From: an uncultured delta proteobacterium | GTDB lineage: Bacteria; Myxococcota_A; Polyangia; Haliangiales; Haliangiaceae | Reading direction: 5' to 3' | DNA: 64,000 nucleotides | NCBI GenBank assembly: GCA_963743525.1 | Contig: CAVUQH010000003.1 | Location: 512,001-576,000, forward strand | Shown: positions 52,584 through 64,000 of the stretch, piece by piece | Layout of the letters: the number at the start of each line of letters is the position of its first letter | Numbering within the stretch: position 1 is the first letter of the stretch | The notes under the pieces: model-generated | Seen by the model: the letters and a program-made list of their open reading frames with translations, nothing else | Told to the model about the DNA's origin: nothing | The model's database searches: none | Made by a program: the position numbers and the translations under genes

Positions 52584-53794
52584 CCGCCGAAGCGGAAGAT
52601 GATGCCGCCGACCAGCGGTATGCCCAGGCGCGGCTCGCCCATCGGCGGCGTGCTCAGGCGCACGTGGACGTCGGCCTCGAGGAAGTAGTCGATGGCGTAG
52701 CGCAACCGGTTGTCCTTGCGCGGCACCGAGAACAGCACGCCGAAGCCGCCCTCGGTCAGCACCAGCTGGTCGTCGCCGGTAGCGGTGCCCTTGCCGGCCA
52801 TGATCGCGGCGCGCAGGTACGGTCGCACCTTGCCGGTGGCGAGGTAGACGCGGCCCTCGGCGCCGGCGCCGGTGCTGCCCGCGCCGCCCAGGACGCCCAG
52901 GAAGGCGTCCAGCTCGAAGCGGTTGGAGCCGCTGCGCCAGCCGAGATCGAGCAGATAGCGGGCGCCGTTGCCGGTGGCGTCGAAGCCGAGCGACCAGCCG
53001 AACAGGTATTTGCTGCCCTCGGCCGGTGGTGGCGGCTCGCCGCCGACGTGGTCGAGGACCAACCGCACCTGGCGACTGCCGCCGGGCGTCACCTCGACCT
53101 CGCGCTGGGTGCTGCGGTAGCCGACCTTGCTGACGACCAGCTGGTATTTGCCTGCGGGCACGCTGCCGGTGTACGGCGTGTAGCCGGCGACGGCGCCGTT
53201 GATCTGCACCTCGGCACCATCGACGTTGGCGAAGACCATGATCACGCCCGGGCGGATCTCCAGGTCGAGGCGCACGGTCACCGCGTCGCCGTATGACAGC
53301 GTCACCGTCTGCGGTTGCGACCGCCGGCCGTTGGCGTCGAGGGCGAAGCTGTGCTCGCCGGCCGGCAGCGTCAGCTCGAGTGGCGCGGTGCCGCGCGTGT
53401 CGCCGTCGATGATCACCTGCGCGCCGGCCGGGCGGCCGACGACGTTGACCCGCGACGGCTTGGCCGCCAGCTCCTTTAGCAGCTTGGCGACCTGGGCGCG
53501 GTCTTTGGCGTCGGGCGACTCGTCGAGGTAGCGCTGGAAATAGTCGGCGGCGGTGCGGGCGTCGCCCAGCCGCTGGTAGTTGGTGGCGATGTTGAACAGC
53601 ACCGACGGGTGCGGGCTGGCGTCGTAGGCCGCCTGGTACTCGTCGATGGCCGCCTGCCAGTCGCTGCGCGCCTCGGCCTTTTGCGCCAGGGCGAAATGCT
53701 CGGCGGCCCTGGCGCGGTCATCGGCGGCGGCGGGTCGGGCCAGCTGCCCGAGGACGATCAGGGCGGCCAGCGCGGCGGCTGCGAGCGACTTCAC
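52580..53794 (-). CDS. TPR plus PEGA domain protein with C-terminal beta-barrel-like region
   Basis: Signal; AIDEYQAAY..LFNIA TPR; two PEGA domains (PAGAQVIIDG, VDGAEVQING). Confidence 0.88.
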   Translation of the reverse strand: MKSLAAAALAALIVLGQLARPAAADDRARAAEHFALAQKAEARSDWQAAIDEYQAAYDASPHPSVLFNIATNYQRLGDARTAADYFQRYLDESPDAKDRAQVAKLLKELAAKPSRVNVVGRPAGAQVIIDGDTRGTAPLELTLPAGEHSFALDANGRRSQPQTVTLSYGDAVTVRLDLEIRPGVIMVFANVDGAEVQINGAVAGYTPYTGSVPAGKYQLVVSKVGYRSTQREVEVTPGGSRQVRLVLDHVGGEPPPPAEGSKYLFGWSLGFDATGNGARYLLDLGWRSGSNRFELDAFLGVLGGAGSTGAGAEGRVYLATGKVRPYLRAAIMAGKGTATGDDQLVLTEGGFGVLFSVPRKDNRLRYAIDYFLEADVHVRLSTPPMGEPRLGIPLVGGIIFRFGG

Positions 53795-53797
53795 GGC

Positions 53798-55481
<1,684 letters not shown>

Positions 55482-55522
55482 CGGCTTGCTGATGGTAGCG
55501 CACATCGCTGGCGCTGCACCCG

Positions 55523-58045
<2,523 letters not shown>

Positions 58046-58067
58046 CAGCGTGGCAGTATACATGGCC

Positions 58068-58640
58068 GTGCCGGGTCGAGCCCTTGGAGCGGTCGCCGTG
58101 GTGGCGACCATTGCGCTGGCGCTGGTCGTCTGGCAGCGCCACCGGAGTGGTGGGTCGGGAACCTCCCCGACGGTGGCGCAGACCGGGAGTGGCGCGGAAT
58201 CGCAGGCTCCCTTGCCAGCTCCGGTGCCGTCATCCGGCGCCCGCCAGCGGCCGGTCCTGGAGGTCCGGGACGGCGGCGCGGCCGGCGCCCCGGCGCTCCC
58301 CTTTGCCGACGAGACCCCCGATCCCGCCTGGGCCGATCCGCAGGAGGCCGACGTCGGCCGCATCGCCCGCACGGCGCTGGTCAACGGCAAGCTCGGCGAT
58401 GCCGCCGACGTGTCCAAGGTCGATTGCCGGCAGACCCGCTGCCGCTTCGACGTCATCGCCCGCGACCCCGCGCGTTTGCCCGACGTCCTCGCCGTTCTCG
58501 AGGACGACCGCGGCTTCTACGGCGTCGCCAAGGAGATGGCGGTGACCTCCATGGAGCGCAACGACGCCGGCGTCCCGGTGCGCATGACCATCGTGCTCAC
58601 CTTCGACCGCAACCCGCCCGGCGGCGACCCGGCGCACTAG
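58068..58640 (+). CDS. Hypothetical single-TM protein (start 58062 or 58068)
   Basis: TM, linker, FADETPDPAWA...VDCRQTRCRFDV. Confidence 0.7.
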   Translation: MPGRALGAVAVVATIALALVVWQRHRSGGSGTSPTVAQTGSGAESQAPLPAPVPSSGARQRPVLEVRDGGAAGAPALPFADETPDPAWADPQEADVGRIARTALVNGKLGDAADVSKVDCRQTRCRFDVIARDPARLPDVLAVLEDDRGFYGVAKEMAVTSMERNDAGVPVRMTIVLTFDRNPPGGDPAH

Positions 58641-58655
58641 CTCCGCGGGTGGCCG

Positions 58656-59312
58656 CTACGCCGCCACCAGATCCGCGATCGGGCTGTCGGTGCAGACGCT
58701 CTCGATGCACCGGCGCAGATGCGCGCGGATCTTGTGCTTCTTCGAGTAGACCGTCTTCAGGCTGATCGACATCTCGCTGGCGACCACCTCCGGCTCGAGC
58801 CCCTCTGCGTAGTAGAGGGCCAGGAAGGTCCGGTCCTTGTCGGAGAAGTCGGCCAGGATGCCGTTGAGCGCGCCCCAGCGCTCCTTCTCGATCAGGGTGT
58901 CGAGCGGCGTGCGGTCCGACTCCTCGTGCGGATCGGGCGCGCCGTCGAGCCGGTCGAGGATCGGCCGCCGGCCGACGGTGCGCAGGAAATCGTAGGTCGA
59001 ATTGATGCTGATCATGCCGATCCACGAGCTCAGCTTGGTCCCGCGCTGCGGGTTGTACAGCCGCAGCTTGCGCATGTCGTCGCGCAACAGGTTGAGCAGC
59101 ACCTCGGCGAAGATCTCGTCGACGTCGGCATTGGTCATCGACGGGCCGTACTTGCCGATCACCTTGGTGATGCAGCGGTAGATCAGCGCGCGGTACCGGC
59201 GCAGGAGCTCCGCCCAGGCGCGCTCTTCACTCCGGAGCACGCGGCGAAGGAGCTGGCGCTCGGTCCAATCGGCCGGGGTCGATGCAGAGGGTCGGCGGGC
59301 AAGCACGGGCAT
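58656..59312 (-). CDS. ECF sigma factor
   Basis: AWAELLRRY, DVDEIFAEV, KLSSWI, region 4 ISLKTVYSKKHKI. Confidence 0.92.
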   Translation of the reverse strand: MPVLARRPSASTPADWTERQLLRRVLRSEERAWAELLRRYRALIYRCITKVIGKYGPSMTNADVDEIFAEVLLNLLRDDMRKLRLYNPQRGTKLSSWIGMISINSTYDFLRTVGRRPILDRLDGAPDPHEESDRTPLDTLIEKERWGALNGILADFSDKDRTFLALYYAEGLEPEVVASEMSISLKTVYSKKHKIRAHLRRCIESVCTDSPIADLVAA

Positions 59313-59324
59313 GCCCGCACCATG

Positions 59325-59340
59325 AGCAAGCCGGATGCCA
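59325..59340 (-). promoter_or_regulatory. Sigma54 -24/-12 promoter of the ECF sigma gene
   Basis: TGGCAT-CCGGC-TTGCT; predicted +1 about 2 nt before ATG 59312. Confidence 0.75.
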
Positions 59341-59498
59341 CCACTAACCCTGCGGAATCATGCGCTCGAATCCGGACTAGCATGGTGCCCCAGACCAAGG
59401 TTTGGTTTTTTCCACCGACGCGGGGAAGGTCGCATGGGACCAAGCCGTACAAGCCTTTCCCGCCGGGATCGTTGCCCGCCGGGGAGGATCGCGACGGG

Positions 59499-60989
59499 CT
59501 ATGCCTTGGCGACCGCGACCTGCCAGCGGGCGCGGATCTCCTCGACGTAGGCGCGGTCGGCGGCCGGCTCGAACCGCCGCTCCTGGCGCCAGACGTCGGC
59601 GATCTCCTGCTTGCTCTTCCACACCCCGGCGCCGAGGCCGGCGAGGAAGGCCGCGCCCAGCGCCGTGGTCTCGAGGATCTCGGGCCGGGCGATGGCGACG
59701 CTGAGCACGTCGCACTGGGTCTGCATCAGCAGGTCGTTGGCCGAGGCCCCGCCGTCCACCTTGAGCGTGGTCAGCGCCCGACCGCTGTCGCGCTGCATCG
59801 CGTCGAGGAGGTCGCCGATCTGCAGCGCGATCCCCTCCAACGCCGCCCGCGCGATGTGCCCCCGGGTGGTGCCGCGGGTGATGCCGCTGATCAGGCCGCG
59901 CGCCTCGGGGCGCCAGTGCGGCGCGCCCAGTCCGGCCAGCGCCGGGACCAGGGTGACGCCGCCCGAGTCGGGGACCTCCCGGGCAAGCGCTTCGACGTCG
60001 GCCGCGTTGTCGATGATCTTCAGCCCGTCGCGCAGCCACTGCACCGCGGCGCCGGCGATGAAGGTCGCGCCCTCGAGGGCGTAGCTGGTCTCGCCGGCCT
60101 CGGCGCCGGTGCCCAGCTTCCAGCCGACGGTGGTCAACAGGCCCGAGCTCGACGCCACCGGCTCGGCGCCGGTGTTCATCAGGATGAAGGCGCCGGTGCC
60201 GTAGGTGCACTTGGCGTCGCCGGGGGCGAAGCAGGCCTGGCCGAACAGCGCTGCCTGCTGGTCGCCGGCCATGCCCGCGATGGGGATGCCGTCGGGCAGC
60301 CCGGGCACGCCGCGGGTCTCGCCGTAGATCTCGGCGCAGCTCTTGACCTCGGGCAGCATCGCCATGGGCACGCCCAGCCGCTCGCACAGCTCGGGGTCCC
60401 AGGCCAGGTCGCGCAGGCCGAACAGCAGCGTTCGCGAGGCGTTGGAGACGTCGGTCACGTGGGCGGCGCCGCCGGTGAGGCGGGCGACCAGGTAGGAGTC
60501 GACGGTGCCGAAGACCAGGTCGCCGGCGGCGGCGCGGGCGCGGCGCGACGGATCCTCGTCGAGCATCCAGCGGATCTTGGTGCCCGAGAAGTACGGGTCC
60601 AGGACCAGCCCGGTGCGCTGGCGGAAGGTGGCCTCGTGGCCGTCGCTCTTCAGCTGCTGGCACAGGTCGGCGGTGCGGCGGTCCTGCCAGACGATGGCGG
60701 TGCGCTCGGGGCGCAGCGTGGCCCGGTCCCACAGGACCGTGGTCTCGCGCTGGTTGGTGATGCCGATCGCCTTCAGCTCGGCCGGCGACACCCCCGCCTG
60801 GCCCAGCGCCCCGGCGATCGCCTCGGTCACGGAGTCCCAGATGGCGGCCGGGTCGTGCTCGACCCAGCCCGGTTTTGGGTAAATCTGGGGGAAATCGACC
60901 GTGCGCCGGCCACGGATCGCCAGCTCTTCGTCGAGCACCAGCACCGTCGTTCCCGTCGTCCCCTGATCGATCGAAATGACGTAGCCCAT
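59499..60989 (-). CDS. glpK: Glycerol kinase
   Basis: [50 protein letters not shown]. Confidence 0.97.
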   Translation of the reverse strand: MGYVISIDQGTTGTTVLVLDEELAIRGRRTVDFPQIYPKPGWVEHDPAAIWDSVTEAIAGALGQAGVSPAELKAIGITNQRETTVLWDRATLRPERTAIVWQDRRTADLCQQLKSDGHEATFRQRTGLVLDPYFSGTKIRWMLDEDPSRRARAAAGDLVFGTVDSYLVARLTGGAAHVTDVSNASRTLLFGLRDLAWDPELCERLGVPMAMLPEVKSCAEIYGETRGVPGLPDGIPIAGMAGDQQAALFGQACFAPGDAKCTYGTGAFILMNTGAEPVASSSGLLTTVGWKLGTGAEAGETSYALEGATFIAGAAVQWLRDGLKIIDNAADVEALAREVPDSGGVTLVPALAGLGAPHWRPEARGLISGITRGTTRGHIARAALEGIALQIGDLLDAMQRDSGRALTTLKVDGGASANDLLMQTQCDVLSVAIARPEILETTALGAAFLAGLGAGVWKSKQEIADVWRQERRFEPAADRAYVEEIRARWQVAVAKA

Positions 60990-61099
60990 GACGCTCCTTG
61001 CGGTATCACACCGGTGCGTACATTGACAGTAGGGGAACCTGCAGAATACAACCGGATTTGGCCAAGCGGCCCCCCTCTGGGTGGCGTGGACCGCGCCCG

Positions 61100-61981
61100 A
61101 TGAGTGAGTGGAAGACCCGGATAACCAAGGTACAGATCGTCAAGCCACCGACCGGTGGCGGCGAGTCCTGCCTGGTCCTCATCTACCCGCCCGGCGGCGA
61201 CATGGGCAAACGCTTCGCTCTCGATCGCGACGAAGTCGTGCTCGGGCGCGGCAGCGACTGTGACGTGCAGATCGATCGCGACTCGGTGTCGCGCCGTCAC
61301 GCCCGCATCTTTCGCGTCGGCGACCAGTGGGTCGCCGAAGACCTGCAGTCGACCAACGGCAGCTACGTCAACGACGTGCCGATCCAGCGCTCGCCTCTGC
61401 GCGACGGCGACTTCCTCAAGATCGGCGCGGCCATCTTCAAGTTCCTGTCCGGCGCCGGCGTCGAGGCGTCGTACCACGAAGAGATCTACAAGATGACCAT
61501 CGTGGACGCCCTGACCGGCGCCCACAACAAGCGCTACTTCCTGGAGTTCCTCGAGCGCGAGATCGCCCGCTGCGCGCGCTACGGCCGCCCGCTGTCGCTG
61601 CTGATGTTCGACATCGATCACTTCAAGGCGATCAACGACACCCACGGCCACCTCACCGGCGACTTCGTGCTCAAGGAGATGCTCCGCCGCCTGCTCCAGC
61701 GGGTGCGCAAAGAAGAGCTGATGGCTCGCTACGGCGGCGAGGAGTTCGCCTCGGTCCTGCCCGAGACCGACAACGAAGGCGCCATGCACGTGGCCGAAGA
61801 GTTCCGCGCCATCGTCGCCAACGAACCGTTCGAATACGAAGGCGACACCATCACGGTGACCATCTCCATCGGTGTCGCCACCCTCCACGGCGAGAACATC
61901 GACCCCGCGTCGTTCATCAAGCGCGCCGACGAGAACCTCTACAACGCCAAACGCAACGGGCGAAACCGCGTCGTCGGCTAG
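61100..61981 (+). CDS. FHA-domain diguanylate cyclase
   Basis: FHA ([18 protein letters not shown]); [26 protein letters not shown]. Confidence 0.95.
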   Translation: MSEWKTRITKVQIVKPPTGGGESCLVLIYPPGGDMGKRFALDRDEVVLGRGSDCDVQIDRDSVSRRHARIFRVGDQWVAEDLQSTNGSYVNDVPIQRSPLRDGDFLKIGAAIFKFLSGAGVEASYHEEIYKMTIVDALTGAHNKRYFLEFLEREIARCARYGRPLSLLMFDIDHFKAINDTHGHLTGDFVLKEMLRRLLQRVRKEELMARYGGEEFASVLPETDNEGAMHVAEEFRAIVANEPFEYEGDTITVTISIGVATLHGENIDPASFIKRADENLYNAKRNGRNRVVG

Positions 61982-61996
61982 GCGAGTTGCCGCGCC

Positions 61997-62497
61997 CTAC
62001 TTGTCGAGCCGTTGGCGGAGTCTGTAGAGCGCCGGCCGGGAGATGCCTAGAATTCGCGCCGCCGCGGCGACGTTGCCGTCGCTTGCGATCAACGCGTCAC
62101 GCACTGCCCGTCGCTGGGCCGCGCGCAAGTCGAATCCCTCGCGTGAGTGCTGCACGCGCGAGGTTGCGCGGCGACGGGAGCCCGCGCGTCGAATCAGATG
62201 GGGCACCACCCGCGGGAACTGCTCGGTCGGGATGACGTAATCGGCGTAGTCGATGATGCGAGTCGGCCGTGTGGAGTCGGCGACCACGACGAACACCGAG
62301 ACGATGCTCGCGTAGTGCCGCGCCAGCAAACGAAGCGCGGGATCGTCCGTGTACTTGGCGACGACGATCACGCCCTGCTCGAACCCGACGCGGAACGCCT
62401 CACGCGGTGACGAGACGCAAATGTACCGCGCGCAAGGCAACCCGCGGGGCGGGGCGACTCCAATGCAGAGCATCAGCTGAGTGCCGAGAGCCGACAT
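61997..62497 (-). CDS. Fis-type HTH protein without AAA+ domain
   Basis: C-terminal LRAAQRRAVRDALIASDGNVAAAARILGISRPALYRL; start uncertain. Confidence 0.7.
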   Translation of the reverse strand: MSALGTQLMLCIGVAPPRGLPCARYICVSSPREAFRVGFEQGVIVVAKYTDDPALRLLARHYASIVSVFVVVADSTRPTRIIDYADYVIPTEQFPRVVPHLIRRAGSRRRATSRVQHSREGFDLRAAQRRAVRDALIASDGNVAAAARILGISRPALYRLRQRLDK

Positions 62498-62682
62498 CGG
62501 TTGCCCAAGTATCTGTAGCCCTCTGCCGTGGGGTCAATGGGCCAGAAATCTGGCCCCGGAGGGTGTCGGGGAGATCGCCGACAACGAGCGTGTCGCTCAA
62601 GCGCAAAGATCAGGCAACCGAACCGCGGCTCATCCCGATAACGCAGGGCGGGCACCGGATTCAGAACCGGTGTGCGCTCGTC

Positions 62683-63366
62683 ATGTCGAGAAAACACAGT
62701 CGCATCCGTCAGCGTGTTGACCGTATCGCCCGACAGGTCACTTCGGAGCTCTTGCCTCAAATCGACTCGAGTGTTCCTTTGGTCCTCGTCCACGAGGAGC
62801 ACCTAGGTGGCGTTGGGCGCTATCTGTCCGCTCTTCGCGCAGCCTTGCCTCGGGCTGCCATGGTGCGTGTGCTTTCCTCCGGGGACTCGCCAGAGTCACC
62901 TCACTTGCGCGGCGCCTGGCTGGCTGTTGCCGCCTCCGGGTGCGCGCGATCGTTGGCCGACTACCTGTCTACGCAAGCGCCGCTCGCGGAGATGGTCGTC
63001 GTCACTCACGGAGACGTGCCGGACCTTCCCGTTCCCTGGTATCCGTGTTCGGAGCTAGAAGAGCTGGTCAGTTGTGTGGCTGACGTCTTCTCGCTGATCG
63101 TCGCGTATCGGCCGATGGCCGCACGCAGCTACCTGCGCACCGCGATTGGAGAACGAGTCGCGGCCGAGTACTCTTGCGGCACCGCGCGAGCCATGGGCTA
63201 CGATCTGCCACCGACCCCGACGCCTCCGAGCCTGCGCGAAGTCGAGCGAGACGCGGTTCGTCGCGCTCTCCATGCATCGGGCGGCCGAAAGCGAAATGCC
63301 GCCCGCCTGTCGGGTGTGAGCCCCGGTCAACTCTATCGTTTGCTCGATCGAGACCAGGAATACTAG
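62683..63366 (+). CDS. Fis-type HTH protein without AAA+ domain
   Basis: C-terminal SLREVERDAVRRALHASGGRKRNAARLSGVSPGQLYRLL; start uncertain. Confidence 0.7.
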   Translation: MSRKHSRIRQRVDRIARQVTSELLPQIDSSVPLVLVHEEHLGGVGRYLSALRAALPRAAMVRVLSSGDSPESPHLRGAWLAVAASGCARSLADYLSTQAPLAEMVVVTHGDVPDLPVPWYPCSELEELVSCVADVFSLIVAYRPMAARSYLRTAIGERVAAEYSCGTARAMGYDLPPTPTPPSLREVERDAVRRALHASGGRKRNAARLSGVSPGQLYRLLDRDQEY

Positions 63367-63514
63367 TGTCTGTGGGTCAAGACGAGCGCAGGGAAGACGC
63401 ATGCTTTCTCGCGGATCGTTGGTTGACGGGTAGAGGGATCCGTCTAATATCAGTTGGCCGTATCGCGATTTGGCCTAGCGGTCAATCACGCAAGACAGCG
63501 CGCGGACCCTCCTG

Positions 63515-64000
63515 ATGTCAAAGAGCCGTTTTCGCAGAGTTGCGCAGAAGCTCACCCTGGTAGTTGTCGGGATCGTCATCTCGCTGTTCCTCGGTGAATG
63601 CATCATTCGCGCTACTGGCCTGGCCCCGGAGGTCGTCTCGGTCGAAAAGGGACGCTTCCGGCTGTCACCGAACAAGAAGATCGGCTACGAGCCGGTGCCG
63701 GGGAAGGACTACTCCGGGAAGTCACTCGATTTCTACGATTACCGGGGCAAGGCAAACAGCCTCGGCTATCGCGACTACGAGCATCCGCTCGAGAAGCCGC
63801 CCGGGCGATATCGCATCCTCGTACTCGGTGACAGCATCACCGCGGGGCTATTCGTTCCCAAGAACGAGCAGATGTTCTCCAGCGTGCTCGAGCGGACGCT
63901 GAACATGCGCGGGCTGAAGGTCGAGGTGATGAATTTCGGCGTTTCCGGCTACGACACGCAACAGGAGGTCGAGACCTTCAAGGAGCGTGGTCGGCAATAC
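63515..64000 (+). CDS. SGNH/GDSL hydrolase, membrane-anchored (runs off window end)
   Basis: N-terminal TM; NSLGYRD, RILVLGDSITAG, NFGVSGY. Confidence 0.88.
   Translation, partial: MSKSRFRRVAQKLTLVVVGIVISLFLGECIIRATGLAPEVVSVEKGRFRLSPNKKIGYEPVPGKDYSGKSLDFYDYRGKANSLGYRDYEHPLEKPPGRYRILVLGDSITAGLFVPKNEQMFSSVLERTLNMRGLKVEVMNFGVSGYDTQQEVETFKERGRQY

Noticed and set aside
53718..53797. Kinase C-terminus overlapping the PEGA gene as given in the ORF track
   Set aside because: A one-base correction gives a clean stop at 53798, 3 bp before the next start.
63423..63450. Sigma70 promoter TTGACG-16 nt-TAATAT
   Set aside because: Suboptimal spacing, and the TTGAC lies in a GTTGAC that may be a miscalled GTCGAC.

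Overview
Very GC-rich (roughly 70% by eye), gene-dense bacterial DNA with a typical Myxococcota gene repertoire, possibly Haliangiales/Kofleriaceae-like (inference). It contains three Ser/Thr kinases, two ECF sigma factors, a sigma54 activator, a TonB-C-fused TonB-dependent receptor, PEGA, IPT/TIG, IgGFc-binding and Cys-rich lipoproteins, a MacAB/LolCDE-type ABC exporter, PBP1A, glpK, IHF, TatD, an FHA-GGDEF protein and a DUF222-like HNH endonuclease. I found no rRNA, tRNA or CRISPR array. Main observations: (1) an unannotated 55-58 aa membrane microprotein (33735-33911, minus) with an in-frame TGA followed by a hairpin at E. coli SECIS spacing, i.e. a candidate selenoprotein; (2) five of seven apparent frameshifts, plus several Asp-to-Asn oddities, fall on GTCGAC, which suggests methylation-induced base-calling errors rather than pseudogenes; (3) a sigma54-preceded operon encoding a secreted pro-protein with a PLA2-like Cys/His-rich domain, a membrane partner and an S1 protease; (4) pervasive leaderless gene starts and four clear sigma54 promoter motifs; (5) a structured, repeat-rich non-coding region upstream of the HNH gene; (6) a divergent pair of ATPase-less Fis-HTH genes in an atypical-composition patch. 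All products are assigned from motifs read by eye; no database search was run.
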